Below are positions 37,992 to 48,442 of a stretch of 64,000 nucleotides of DNA, in pieces. The stretch is from IMG/VR virus record IMGVR_UViG_2881684137_000004, positions 64,001 through 128,000 of that record; one strand, written 5' to 3'. The notes beneath the pieces are model-generated. The model made no database searches and was not told the origin of the DNA. It was given only the letters and a program-made list of their open reading frames with translations. The translations under genes and the position numbers were made by a program. The DNA comes from a virus. Its lineage: Duplodnaviria; Heunggongvirae; Uroviricota; Caudoviricetes. The stretch's first letter is position 1, and each line of letters begins with the position of its first letter.

Positions 37992-39251
37992 TTAAATATT
38001 GACTGAGACATCACGTTTTCCATCTACATTTTCATCCATTTCAATGAACATATAGTTGGTTGAAATAAAATAGTTGTTTGCGCATTGTCGGATATCTTCC
38101 GAAGTTACCGATCTAATCTTAGATATCAAATCTTCTTCTTTAAGTGGGTATCCTCTGTGCAACAAGCCCACTAAAAGATCTTCATTCAACTTTTCAATTG
38201 ATTGATTACTACTTAGTAGGTTATAAAGGAGTTTATTTTTAAGGCGTAATAGCTCTGTCTCACTTACTAAATCTTTTTTAAGAATAGCTGCTTGTTTGAA
38301 AAACACCTCTTTAACCTCTTCAAAATTCTCTTTATTAGTCAATGCTGTAAATACGGACAGCCCTTGGTTATTTAATTCAATATGCCCCATACCAATCTCA
38401 TAAACAATTCCAAGACGCTCTCTCAATTCTCTGTATAGTCTTGACGAAAGCCCATCGGCTAAAATGCTTTCAATAAATAGATAAGGATAGTAATCTACAG
38501 AGTTTTTTGAGGGAGAAAAGTTAGCAATTGCTAAACACCCCTGCTCAAAAGCTTTACTGACTTTATATGTCTCAGAATTTAATTCAAATAAATTATCATC
38601 TTCAATATCATTTATCGTTTTCATGTTGTTATCATTAATTGAAAATGAATTTAAGAATTCTGCTATTTCACTCTGTTGAATATCCCCAGAAATAACCAAT
38701 ACTGCTCGATTCGGAATGTAATGAGAATTTTTATATTCTTGAAGCTGCCTTAAGGATATTTCCCTAACAGATTCCTCCGTCCCGATAACGCTATGCTTTT
38801 CTGGGTTCATTTTAAACAAATTTTGAAAAATAGCGTTCTTTACTGCTGTTATAGGATGAGAGTTCAACGATCTGATTTCTTGAATAATTACTTTTTTCTC
38901 ATTTTCAAAAGAATCTTCTGGTAATGTTGAATTCCAAACTATATCTGACAGTAATTCTAACCCCTTCTTCCAATGCTCATTTAATAATGAGCAATGATAC
39001 ACTGTAGACGTTAAGCTGGTATATGCATTTATTTCGCCGCCGAGATCTTCAATGCAATCAAGTATTTCTTCTTTTGATTGATTCTTCGTCCCATTAAAAA
39101 GCATGTGCTCGATGAAATGAGAAATTCCGGCAGAGTACTTTTTCTCATAAAAAGACCCGACTTTAATCAAATAATGCATAACAACTAATCTAGAACCAGG
39201 AATTGTGTTTGTAAAAATGGTCATTCCATTATCAAGAGTTGCCTTCTCCAT
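37992..39251 (-). CDS. M16 (pitrilysin/insulinase) family zinc peptidase
   Basis: SHFIEHMLF inverted HxxEH; NAYTS; SSRLYRELRERLGIVY. Confidence 0.92.
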   Translation of the reverse strand: MEKATLDNGMTIFTNTIPGSRLVVMHYLIKVGSFYEKKYSAGISHFIEHMLFNGTKNQSKEEILDCIEDLGGEINAYTSLTSTVYHCSLLNEHWKKGLELLSDIVWNSTLPEDSFENEKKVIIQEIRSLNSHPITAVKNAIFQNLFKMNPEKHSVIGTEESVREISLRQLQEYKNSHYIPNRAVLVISGDIQQSEIAEFLNSFSINDNNMKTINDIEDDNLFELNSETYKVSKAFEQGCLAIANFSPSKNSVDYYPYLFIESILADGLSSRLYRELRERLGIVYEIGMGHIELNNQGLSVFTALTNKENFEEVKEVFFKQAAILKKDLVSETELLRLKNKLLYNLLSSNQSIEKLNEDLLVGLLHRGYPLKEEDLISKIRSVTSEDIRQCANNYFISTNYMFIEMDENVDGKRDVSVNI

Positions 39252-39267
39252 TTAAAATACCCCTCTT

Positions 39268-39516
39268 CTATTCACCATTCTGTTCAATGTTACCAAGATT
39301 CATTGATTCCATGGCCTCAATATTTTGTTTTAATTTATTAATGTGAAAACTTATCACTTTAACTTCATTTTCATCAGTCGCTGCCTTCAATTTTCCCTCT
39401 GCTACTCTTAGACGGTTCTTAGCTTCAGTCAGTGGATCAACATTGAATTTCGGATCAATACTTAGCCCAAATTTACCTGCTTTTCTTCTAATCTCATCAA
39501 GCATTTTTTTATCCAT
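39268..39516 (-). CDS. Hypothetical protein
   Basis: AAGGAG RBS. Confidence 0.55.
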   Translation of the reverse strand: MDKKMLDEIRRKAGKFGLSIDPKFNVDPLTEAKNRLRVAEGKLKAATDENEVKVISFHINKLKQNIEAMESMNLGNIEQNGE

Positions 39517-39560
39517 TTAAGATTCATCTCCTTATTATAAATTCCGTGTTTCATCTTAAA

Positions 39561-40031
39561 TTACTTGTAATAAATAAACTCCAGGTCTTCATGATCAATT
39601 TTGAGCAACTCCACTAACTTCTCTAGATATTTGAATTGAAGGGCATGACCCTCATTATCAAACCTGGCAATTGTAGGCTGTGTCACGTTTAGCACTTCGG
39701 CCAATTCAATTTGAGAATAATTATTTTTCAGTCGATACTCTTTGAAATTCCTTATTAAGACAGATTTAATCCTATTTTTCCGATTTGATTGCCAGCTAAC
39801 TGGTATTTTTTTGGTTGTAATGATTCCTCCATTCGGATGTACAGGATAAGACTCAATAAATGCAATATAGCGCTCGATTTTGTCCTCTTGCATTGAATGG
39901 CTTTCTATTTTTTCCCACTGTGAAATATGATTATAAGTTGATTCAACATAATCAGCAAGCTCTCCAGTCAGAGGAATTTCCTTAATTCGTCGTTGCAATC
40001 GCCAATAAGCCTTATCATATTTTTGCGTCAT
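39561..40031 (-). CDS. Xre-family HTH regulator with an N-terminal extension
   Basis: YSQIELAEVLNVTQPTIARFDN. Confidence 0.8.
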   Translation of the reverse strand: MTQKYDKAYWRLQRRIKEIPLTGELADYVESTYNHISQWEKIESHSMQEDKIERYIAFIESYPVHPNGGIITTKKIPVSWQSNRKNRIKSVLIRNFKEYRLKNNYSQIELAEVLNVTQPTIARFDNEGHALQFKYLEKLVELLKIDHEDLEFIYYK

Positions 40032-40053
40032 AAGTAAAGCCTCCTTAAATATA

Positions 40054-40082
40054 ATTATACATGTTTATATATGTAAAGTAAA
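40054..40082 (-). promoter_or_regulatory. sigA promoter overlapped by a TTTACATATATAAA operator-like site
   Basis: TTTACT-N17-TATAAT. Confidence 0.6.
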
Positions 40083-40137
40083 GCGCACATTTAGAATATG
40101 TATATAAATAACCATTTCAGAATACAAGAACACATGT

Positions 40138-40166
40138 TTGCATATTTGCAGAACTCATGCTACAAT
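40138..40166 (+). promoter_or_regulatory. Divergent sigA promoter
   Basis: TTGCAT-N17-TACAAT with TG extension. Confidence 0.65.
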
Positions 40167-40197
40167 AACTTTACAAACAATCCAGGGAGGAACACAC

Positions 40198-40419
40198 ATG
40201 CAACTTTACGTAGTTTACGGTTCCATTACATTTCCACTTCAACTAACTCTTCGTGCTGAAAGTCCTTTTCAAGCTTTCGATGAGGCTCACTCAATTATCA
40301 ACCCCATCGAATTTAGAAGTTTTGAGATGGAGTTACATATGAAAAATAATAAAACACCAATTATTACTGGAAATTGTATTGAATCTATAAACTGGTCATC
40401 TGTGTATTTGGAAAAGTAA
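40198..40419 (+). CDS. Small protein divergent from the Xre gene
   Basis: GGGAGG RBS, own promoter. Confidence 0.65.
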   Translation: MQLYVVYGSITFPLQLTLRAESPFQAFDEAHSIINPIEFRSFEMELHMKNNKTPIITGNCIESINWSSVYLEK

Positions 40420-40457
40420 GGATACCACCTCCTTTTAAAAGAGTAAACAATCACTGT

Positions 40458-40676
40458 TTATTCTTTTTTTATTTTTAAAATTGACAAGTCAGCTTTAGTG
40501 ATCACAACTTTATTATCCAATTCATCAAAAACTCTATACCCCTCCACTAAAAAAATATCTACCAGTAAATTTAAATCATCAGAACATTTATTTGTCTTTT
40601 GCCAGTTCGATATTTTCTTTACTGGATCATTTTCAATCAATCTTTCCAAGCAATAGCGCTTTTTACTCTTTTCCAC
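40458..40676 (-). CDS. Hypothetical protein
   Basis: GGGAG RBS. Confidence 0.5.
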   Translation of the reverse strand: MEKSKKRYCLERLIENDPVKKISNWQKTNKCSDDLNLLVDIFLVEGYRVFDELDNKVVITKADLSILKIKKE

Positions 40677-40823
40677 ATTAACATCTCCCTAATTTATTAT
40701 TTTCAAAGATGACTGAGATTCTATGTATAAAAAAATCAATGAAGTCAACTATTCTTAAACTATAAACTAGTAGATAATGTGGATTTTCCTTCCATTTTAG
40801 CTTGACTCCTAGAGAAGCGGATT

Positions 40824-41096
40824 TCATTTACCGTATTCAACCATTACCTTTTTCCATACATACACAGGCAGCGAAAATTCATTTTTAATCTCTTTTATGC
40901 TTTCTGTAAGACTATCATCCTTAATCATACTAAAGACTTCAATATAGACATGAGATTCCACAATATACGAAATGTTATAGTAAATCTTTTGATCATCCCA
41001 CTCAGGATTCTCAATAATAAAATAGTGTTTAAAATCTTCTCCGTTAAACATATTTATCATTTTTTTTATTTTATCGAACTTATTTGATTCAATCAT
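40824..41096 (-). CDS. Hypothetical protein
   Basis: AAGGAG RBS. Confidence 0.55.
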   Translation of the reverse strand: MIESNKFDKIKKMINMFNGEDFKHYFIIENPEWDDQKIYYNISYIVESHVYIEVFSMIKDDSLTESIKEIKNEFSLPVYVWKKVMVEYGK

Positions 41097-41136
41097 TATA
41101 ATGCTCCTTTCCTCTATAAAATACGAATTTCAAAGC

Positions 41137-41454
41137 CTATTCACTATCTTCTTTTTCAGTAATTTCTAAGTAGGGACTGCCGCCCTGAATGGAGTATGCC
41201 GCTCTGATATTTACAATTGTTCCTCGATTGGTTTTGATATTTATTTGATCGTGAGACACCTGAGCCATTTCATGCAAATCACTTTGATAAAGATAAAACT
41301 CGTCCTCAAACAGATGCTTGAACGTTTTCACCGCTTTCATGTTATCATCTAGAACAATGTAATCACTGAAATCTCCCCAGGAATCAATTACTCGATAATA
41401 TTTTCCATAGGTGAAATTATCGTTGTTTTCTTTGATGAATCTAACTGATTTCAT
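41137..41454 (-). CDS. Hypothetical protein
   Basis: GGAGGG RBS. Confidence 0.55.
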   Translation of the reverse strand: MKSVRFIKENNDNFTYGKYYRVIDSWGDFSDYIVLDDNMKAVKTFKHLFEDEFYLYQSDLHEMAQVSHDQINIKTNRGTIVNIRAAYSIQGGSPYLEITEKEDSE

Positions 41455-41693
41455 TGTTATCCCTCCCTCCTCAAATTACACAGTATACTATCAGGATTAT
41501 CAACTTCATTTTCAGGACACATTGAACTCACTTACTGCCATGCAATCATAGAGGACCCTGGCTTATTATGGAGTAAGAGAACCAATGTCCTTGCTCACAC
41601 AACCTTCAAAATACCAAGTCAATAGACAGTCTTTAAGCTCGTTTAGTTCGATGGTTGCAGGATGAGCCATATCGACATCTCCTTTACTCAGTT

Positions 41694-42086
41694 CTACTTA
41701 ATTTTTACATCAATGTCAGGTAATATGGCTTGCGGCTTAAACGTAACTCTGTAATGATAGGCGCTAACACTTACAGGCTCCAACTGCTCCGCGAAGTACG
41801 TCACATTATCAGATAGTCCTAAAAAATGCTTTTTGTATTTATCTTCTCCTGTTTTACACGTCACTGTTACTTGTACTGAACGATCATCACTATTTCCAAG
41901 TGAGCAGCGACCTTCTATGGTCAGCATATAACTATCTGTGATTCCATTGTAAAAAACAATTCGTCTATTGATCTCAAAATTATCAGCGGCTTTAGATAAG
42001 TTGTTCGAAGCTATGTCAGCATCTGTACAAGCGGTTAGACCGATTGCCGAACATAGTAAAATTAGTACCAGTGTAATTTTCTTCAT
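41694..42086 (-). CDS. Phage lipoprotein
   Basis: Lipobox LTAC; DADIASNNLS..ADNFEINRRIVFYNGITD. Confidence 0.75.
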   Translation of the reverse strand: MKKITLVLILLCSAIGLTACTDADIASNNLSKAADNFEINRRIVFYNGITDSYMLTIEGRCSLGNSDDRSVQVTVTCKTGEDKYKKHFLGLSDNVTYFAEQLEPVSVSAYHYRVTFKPQAILPDIDVKIK

Positions 42087-42154
42087 GTTATATAACCCCC
42101 TATAATAAATTTAATACTACTGTTCATTTAATCCTCATGCTATGAAATTTATTT

Positions 42155-42397
42155 TTATTCATTTATCAGAGCTTCGTACTCAGCAATATCGAAATCATAC
42201 CAAGATTGAATTTCTTCATATTTTTTTATATCGTTGTCATCTTTAAAATCACATTCAACAAATACGGTTTCCCCTTCTTCATCCTCATATGAAACCAGAT
42301 CGTTGTCACATCTAACCCATTGTGGCTCCAAATACTCTGGTTCGCCTCCAGAATCAGTTAAAAACAATTCCCCTGTTAAACATTTAGGACACTTCAA
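42155..42397 (-). CDS. Small zinc-ribbon protein
   Basis: MKCPKC. Confidence 0.55.
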   Translation of the reverse strand: MKCPKCLTGELFLTDSGGEPEYLEPQWVRCDNDLVSYEDEEGETVFVECDFKDDNDIKKYEEIQSWYDFDIAEYEALINE

Positions 42398-42439
42398 ATT
42401 TCATTCCTCCTTTCCATTGAAAGATGAGTTTCATGCTAA

Positions 42440-42763
42440 TTAGTGTCCGTACTCTTCCACAAATTCATCATCAAATTCAAAAGAATGTTCGTTTCTTAAT
42501 TCGTGTATCAAGTTATTCTTGAGATTAAAAAGTCCGTCAGACAAACTTTGGCAACTATGTGAGACTCGTCTAAGTAAAAAACATGATTGCTTAATGCCTA
42601 TAATTTGATTTACTAATTCCCCAATTCCTGTATCAAAATATTTGTCAATTTCAGTATCATTAAATCCTTTGGCTTGAAAATAATCGGTAGCTGTTACAAT
42701 TCTATATGGTATCATCCTACCGTCAATCCTTATATAATCGCCTATATAATCTCTCAATGTCAC
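42440..42763 (-). CDS. Hypothetical phage protein
   Basis: AGGAG RBS. Confidence 0.6.
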   Translation of the reverse strand: MTLRDYIGDYIRIDGRMIPYRIVTATDYFQAKGFNDTEIDKYFDTGIGELVNQIIGIKQSCFLLRRVSHSCQSLSDGLFNLKNNLIHELRNEHSFEFDDEFVEEYGH

Positions 42764-42779
42764 TCACTCCTAATAGATA

Positions 42780-43646
42780 TTATGTTTTACTTTTATACAT
42801 TACGTATGCTCTTCTTGCGCTGCTACTTTGAGACAATCCACAACCAACCCTTAGACATTCTTCAATGAACCCAAAGTCCTCATCATCATACTCCTTTCCC
42901 GATGTGTGAAGGTGCCAATGTACCATCTCATGCAACATCGTATCGAGTACCTTTTTTTTAGACTGTGTTGCGTTCATGTGTTCACTGAAAGCAATTGTCT
43001 CTCGATCAGGGTAGTACACTCCTAACTGATCTTTCCAGTATGTTTTTACAAGAGTTATTTTGCAGGTGAAATCTCTGTTCCAAAACTCTAGACTTTTCTC
43101 TTTACCGAATTCATATAATTCATCTAAAGTGACGCCTTTATGCTTTCTTATAATAGGTTTAATCTTCTTCAGTTCACCATTTTGCTCCCTGAATGAAACA
43201 ATAGGTTGACCTGTGTAGTGCAAATACACTTTTAAGGTTTCAAAAAAATGATTATGTGATTTAAGATGAACATTTTTGAGCTTTTCAACCCAATCAGCCA
43301 CATCCAGCCTTAAATCATTCAAAGTATATTGCTCATCTCTAATTGTTGAGCTGAATACAGATTCCCATTCTTTCAGTTTTAATAAGGCGCACACTGACTC
43401 TGACTTCGGGTTACTCTTTAGTTTAAAATCGTATCTACCAATTGCAGAAGGATTGGATTTCAATCCATAGTATACTTGACAGGCAGATCTTACCTTTTCA
43501 ACATGAAGGACAATAACATCGCAATCATCGTTGCTATTCCTCTCTTTAAGTTTGTCACTTATCAACCAGACATCTCTAAGTCCTTGCTGTTGAATTTTTG
43601 AGCATAAATGGGATATGTATTCTTCCACAATATTTACTTCTGACAT
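42780..43646 (-). CDS. Second SprT-like domain protein
   Basis: MLHEMVHWHLH, similar to 33462..34238. Confidence 0.7.
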   Translation of the reverse strand: MSEVNIVEEYISHLCSKIQQQGLRDVWLISDKLKERNSNDDCDVIVLHVEKVRSACQVYYGLKSNPSAIGRYDFKLKSNPKSESVCALLKLKEWESVFSSTIRDEQYTLNDLRLDVADWVEKLKNVHLKSHNHFFETLKVYLHYTGQPIVSFREQNGELKKIKPIIRKHKGVTLDELYEFGKEKSLEFWNRDFTCKITLVKTYWKDQLGVYYPDRETIAFSEHMNATQSKKKVLDTMLHEMVHWHLHTSGKEYDDEDFGFIEECLRVGCGLSQSSSARRAYVMYKSKT

Positions 43647-43757
43647 AAAAATATCACCTCTCAAACTAAATTCCTAAAGTGGCATAGATAAACATATTTT
43701 CTTGAAGAACGCTGAGAAGAGAGTAGAAAAACGTCTCTCCTCTCAGCCGAACGATTG

Positions 43758-44150
43758 TTACTCCAGTTCTTGCAGCATCTTTTCCAATTGTTCTGGTGAC
43801 ATATTCAGCAATGCTTCGTCCTGTTTATTCCTTAGAACCTCCATGATACGCTGCTTCTTCTCTTTCTGCTCTTTTTCCTTGGAGCGATTTTCTTGTTCGG
43901 TTAGCTTCACATCAACGATGTATTTAACAATTTCAATTTTCACATCTAATTCTTTATTCTCTTTGGTTTTTGTGTTCAGAAGACTTTCCTCTTGTACAGT
44001 TTTTAATTGAGAGTTCAAAGTTTTAAATACTGAGTCCAGGTTCTCAAGGTTGAGATCCCAAAGATCCTCCACAGAAATCAATCCTTTGAATGGAAAGCGA
44101 AACTTGTAACGAACAGCTACCTCGAAGATATTAGTATTAGTCATTTTCAT
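43758..44150 (-). CDS. Hypothetical coiled-coil protein
   Basis: FPFKGLISVEDLWDL. Confidence 0.65.
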   Translation of the reverse strand: MKMTNTNIFEVAVRYKFRFPFKGLISVEDLWDLNLENLDSVFKTLNSQLKTVQEESLLNTKTKENKELDVKIEIVKYIVDVKLTEQENRSKEKEQKEKKQRIMEVLRNKQDEALLNMSPEQLEKMLQELE

Positions 44151-44174
44151 TTCTCCTTTTATGTGTTTTTTATT

Positions 44175-46220
44175 TTAAAATTTAATTTTTACTACACGTT
44201 CTGTCTGACCTTTAACTTTGACAATTAACTCATTACGCTTGGTTGAACTGAAGCCTAGTCCACTTAGTTGAATATCTGCATCTTTTACAGGCAACTTGCC
44301 CCCTAGTGCCTCCATTACTCGCTTATGCTGCATAAACTCTTCTTTCAAGAATTCATTGTACAGAGAGTTTGGCTGTTCTGTATTAATACAATCTTTTAAC
44401 ATGAACATATAATGACGATGACCAATGCCGTGTTGTTGATCCCAATAATTTGGTGAATACATTACAACTGAAACAGGCACAAATTGATTAGTTTTTAAAT
44501 TCCACACTTCTCTTGATGAAACATTCGATGGTAACTTTTCTTTAATAGTAAAACCATTCATTTTATCAAATGTTACTTCGGCAACTTCAATTTTTTCCTT
44601 ATGTCTCAACTCTTTGCTGTACGCAAAAGAGTAGATTTTACCGTCAAACTCTATTTCTGCTTTAAAGCCAGAACGTCCACCATTATTAGAGAAATTATGA
44701 ACAAAAAACTTATAAGAGCCTTCCAACATCTTAGATTGGTCAGACCATGTTATATTTTCTACAGCAGCCTTATTTCTGATAGGTGTAATAATATCTACAT
44801 CAAGTTCACTTGTGGTTCTGTAATTATTTTTATTTCCATAATATATTTCATTGCCATTAGGCTCTAGGCAATGAGCGTCAAAATCATTTGGATTATAATC
44901 ATCGTCATTCCACTGAATAGAAAATCTTAAAACTCCGTTAACATTACCTCCAGCAGATTTCACATTTTCCTTCATTGGACTGTCAGTGATATTTCCTGTA
45001 TACGCCCAGCTAAATCCATTTTTCCATTTAAACATGGTTTTACTATCTTTGTTTTCTGGGGCAATCAAAGATACCGTATTACTGGAATGTTTATTTTCCA
45101 AAAGTACTTCTAGTTCTTTTGTAATCGGCAGAATGTTTTGAACAAATTGTTCTGCAGTGACTTCTTCAACTTTAGAGAACTTTTTAGGATTAACAGCAAC
45201 CTCAGTTGCCATTTCATCAAAGATATTTATTCCAGTAACCCGTTTAACTGAATCCTTATTCGAGAACAAAATATTATTTACAGAAATATCATCCAACGTT
45301 GCGTATCTCCGATTTAGTGACTCCAAATACCCGTTTTCATTCAAAAATTCTTTTGCGTCACCTAATTGTCTTTCGCTGTAAATTGGTTTTACTCGCTTGT
45401 AGTTCTCAGGAGCCACAATTTTTTCATATTTTCTAACCGCAGTATCGAGATCCATTTCTTCACTAATATTCACAAGTAAAGTTCCGATACTATGATTTCG
45501 GATTCTACCTATTGCTCCTCCGACCGTTACAGATTGCTCCCACGCATAATTCTCTTTGTCTGATTGGCCTTGTAGTTTATCATATGCTTTTTTATGCTTT
45601 AGGAATTCGGTCAATGCACCTTTCCACTCTTCTCCCTTGTATAAACTGTTTTGTCCAATAAGTTCGAACACAGTAAGTAAACTTTCTTCTGTAATCTCGT
45701 CCAATGACCGCTTAAACACATTGCGCGTATCTCGATAACTGCCTTGGATTTCAGCTTCTGATTTATTGCTTTTATCAACAAACTGTTCAGGCAATTCAAG
45801 ATAGAAATGATTCCATTCGATAGTTTTTCCATCACTTGTATGTTCAGAGTTTCTATCCACACCAATTTTCTTAAGTTTGCTAATGTACACATCGGAGACA
45901 GTTTTCGACAGTACGAATTTATTAAGTGTATTCAATACAGGTTGAAATTTTTCATCCTTGGTTTCAAAATCCCAAATTGTTTTTACTTTGTTGTCTTTAA
46001 TGGTCACAACGTTCCCAAAATTCCTAATAAAACCTCTATCATAACTTCCATCAAACTCTCGACGAGTTCTGAAAATTTCATTTGTACCTACCGGAAAACT
46101 ATCTAAGTATAGATTCCACAATTTATCTTTATCCAAATCCACTTCGAACAACTTAGTTACACCTTCTGTAATTTGCTTAAAGTTATTTTGAAGCAATGTC
46201 CTCATTTGTTTGAATTCCAT
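44175..46220 (-). CDS. Large hypothetical protein with a C-terminal YfaP/TerD-like region
   Basis: 681 aa; LRFSIQWN...DFDAHCLEP...LDVDI...AVENITW. Confidence 0.65.
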   Translation of the reverse strand: MEFKQMRTLLQNNFKQITEGVTKLFEVDLDKDKLWNLYLDSFPVGTNEIFRTRREFDGSYDRGFIRNFGNVVTIKDNKVKTIWDFETKDEKFQPVLNTLNKFVLSKTVSDVYISKLKKIGVDRNSEHTSDGKTIEWNHFYLELPEQFVDKSNKSEAEIQGSYRDTRNVFKRSLDEITEESLLTVFELIGQNSLYKGEEWKGALTEFLKHKKAYDKLQGQSDKENYAWEQSVTVGGAIGRIRNHSIGTLLVNISEEMDLDTAVRKYEKIVAPENYKRVKPIYSERQLGDAKEFLNENGYLESLNRRYATLDDISVNNILFSNKDSVKRVTGINIFDEMATEVAVNPKKFSKVEEVTAEQFVQNILPITKELEVLLENKHSSNTVSLIAPENKDSKTMFKWKNGFSWAYTGNITDSPMKENVKSAGGNVNGVLRFSIQWNDDDYNPNDFDAHCLEPNGNEIYYGNKNNYRTTSELDVDIITPIRNKAAVENITWSDQSKMLEGSYKFFVHNFSNNGGRSGFKAEIEFDGKIYSFAYSKELRHKEKIEVAEVTFDKMNGFTIKEKLPSNVSSREVWNLKTNQFVPVSVVMYSPNYWDQQHGIGHRHYMFMLKDCINTEQPNSLYNEFLKEEFMQHKRVMEALGGKLPVKDADIQLSGLGFSSTKRNELIVKVKGQTERVVKIKF

Positions 46221-46344
46221 TTCATCAATCTCCCTTTGTTGTGTTTTATGATATTTTCAATCTATGTAACTGAATAAATACAAACTGATCTAATCAACTT
46301 AGTTCACTACCCTAGTCTGTATGAAAGACGAGTTTACGGGATTA

Positions 46345-46890
46345 TCAACGAACATAATTGACAAACTCATTACCGCGGTCACTAAACTCTCTTACCATTG
46401 AGCAAACTAACCCAAATGACATTCCAGAATGATTTTGATTTTCAATTTTTCTCTTTGCTTCATCAAGACTGCCGTTGTTATTTAAAATTTTTACTATGTC
46501 TAAGCAGCAACCTAATTCCATGCCATGATACAAATCACCAAGCCTAATTGGAACAATCTTGTCCCAATACTCCCACTTGTTTTCTGATAGCACTCCTCTA
46601 CCTTTTTTCTTCCATTCTTCACTTAATGAAGGAATATCTTTTTTGAATTCTTTATCTTTTTGTTCGTAGTCTTCTTTCCATTTTCGTTGAGATTCATCGA
46701 ATTCTGTTTTTGTTTTTCCAATGATTTCTTTGTATGCCCCATCCAATGTTACTGTTTCAGAAAATAGTTTGGCTCCATTAAACTCTCCAAATGCCAATAC
46801 CCCCTGATTTTTATACATTAATAGCTCACGCACAGCATCCTCAATAGTACTTCCTGCTACAAAATTAATCTCTTTATATTCTTTAACCAC
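46345..46890 (-). CDS. Hypothetical protein
   Basis: 181 aa. Confidence 0.6.
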   Translation of the reverse strand: MVKEYKEINFVAGSTIEDAVRELLMYKNQGVLAFGEFNGAKLFSETVTLDGAYKEIIGKTKTEFDESQRKWKEDYEQKDKEFKKDIPSLSEEWKKKGRGVLSENKWEYWDKIVPIRLGDLYHGMELGCCLDIVKILNNNGSLDEAKRKIENQNHSGMSFGLVCSMVREFSDRGNEFVNYVR

Positions 46891-46937
46891 AATGTTTCCC
46901 CTCCTAGATTTAATAAACGAATATAAGAATTATTTCA

Positions 46938-47327
46938 CTATACAACTTCAATTAAATTATCAAACAATGGATTTTGCAATTTTCCATTTCTTTTTATTAA
47001 TCGACTAATATCAGGCATAAATCTAAATTCATTAACCTTCCAGGCAAAACAACTTGAAAGACATATATCTAATGTGTCGTCTTCATTTATTCTATAAACA
47101 TACATTGTTTTTCCGTAGGGATCTTCTTCTTGAAAACCTTCTTCGATGAACACGTCTGCCCTATGCACCTTTTGACCATCAGAATATTTTAAGCTGCTTT
47201 TCATTTCAATGTCACTAGCAATTGTCTCTTCTTTATTTAAATCTGCATAGGCGTTTAATAAGGCATTTTTACCTTCTTCTGATTCAAACCACTTGTCCAT
47301 TTCAACTTCCAAATTACTATTTGTCAT
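46938..47327 (-). CDS. Hypothetical protein
   Basis: AAGGAG RBS. Confidence 0.55.
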   Translation of the reverse strand: MTNSNLEVEMDKWFESEEGKNALLNAYADLNKEETIASDIEMKSSLKYSDGQKVHRADVFIEEGFQEEDPYGKTMYVYRINEDDTLDICLSSCFAWKVNEFRFMPDISRLIKRNGKLQNPLFDNLIEVV

Positions 47328-47420
47328 TACGCAACTCCTTACAATTTTTATTCAACAATAGCTAAAACATAAGAAAGATTGTCATAATTAAGATTAGTTA
47401 TGAGAAGTTAAAAACCCTCA

Positions 47421-47615
47421 TCAAGATAACATTATTTTTTTTACATTCTGTTTATTGAGCAGGTAATGGATAATCGCAAAAATACCATATATCAACGAAC
47501 TAACTCCCCAAAAAGCAGGAGTGAACGTAGTTGGAACTACCATGCCAGCAATGGTAAGGAATAAGCTAATGGACGCTAATAAAGTAAACAACTTATAAAA
47601 TAAAGTGCCACTCAA
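47421..47615 (-). CDS. Small two-TM membrane protein
   Basis: Hydrophobic. Confidence 0.55.
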   Translation of the reverse strand: MSGTLFYKLFTLLASISLFLTIAGMVVPTTFTPAFWGVSSLIYGIFAIIHYLLNKQNVKKIMLS

Positions 47616-47758
47616 TCTAATCTCCCCTTCCTTCTAAATATAATTTTCTATTGGATCGATAATTCAACTTTGTTTTCTTAATCTACAATCGGATAACAGG
47701 TAAGCAGCAGTTCATCGCGTTATTCACCTCTATTTCTTCCTCCTGTAAAACATCGATT

Positions 47759-48103
47759 TCATTGTCTTGCCTGGATAAGATCTAGCGAATAAACCTCGTC
47801 AATTGACCAAACTATAAGTCTTTCTTGAAGTTCATCATCAAAGACTCTTATAGTCAGATCTTCCTCAAAATCATCTAGTGATACTATAGTTGGGCCGTAA
47901 CTACCCTCATGAATAAACCCATTATTTCGTAGTAGGCGTGGATCATATAAGAATTTTATTACATTCTCATTTGTTGCATCTTTTAGGCAAACCACTCCAT
48001 AGCGACCACCGCTTGTCTTTACGACCATTCCATTTTGCAAATCACTCTTAATCACTTTCTCACTCCCATGATCATCGATTTTATCCCAAATAAAAATGCC
48101 CAT
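47759..48103 (-). CDS. Hypothetical protein
   Basis: ORF track. Confidence 0.5.
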   Translation of the reverse strand: MGIFIWDKIDDHGSEKVIKSDLQNGMVVKTSGGRYGVVCLKDATNENVIKFLYDPRLLRNNGFIHEGSYGPTIVSLDDFEEDLTIRVFDDELQERLIVWSIDEVYSLDLIQARQ

Positions 48104-48422
48104 CTTTCAGACTTGACTTAAAATCATCGTCTACTTCTAGTGTATCGATATACAAAAGCAATTCATCCTTAGCAACTTTTCTTTTATTTTGTCTTTCCAT
48201 GTATTCCAGGTTGTTTCGACAGACATAGTATTTTGACAACTCACTTCTATCAAAGTTGGGAATAAACTCAATCATTTGACCACATAGGAAGGTTCTTTTC
48301 TCCCATTGTCCGCCATTACAATGCTGATTTACCTTGCCATGAAATATATCCAACTCTTCCTTGATTATAGTGGCTTCCGCACAGATAGGGCAGCATTTTT
48401 CTTTTATAAAGCGAAAGTTCAT
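48081..48422 (-). CDS. Hypothetical Cys-containing protein
   Basis: CCPIC; GAGGAG RBS. Confidence 0.55.
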   Translation of the reverse strand: MNFRFIKEKCCPICAEATIIKEELDIFHGKVNQHCNGGQWEKRTFLCGQMIEFIPNFDRSELSKYYVCRNNLEYMERQNKRKVAKDELLLYIDTLEVDDDFKSSLKDGHFYLG

Positions 48423-48442
48423 AATTGCATCTCCTCTTTTCT

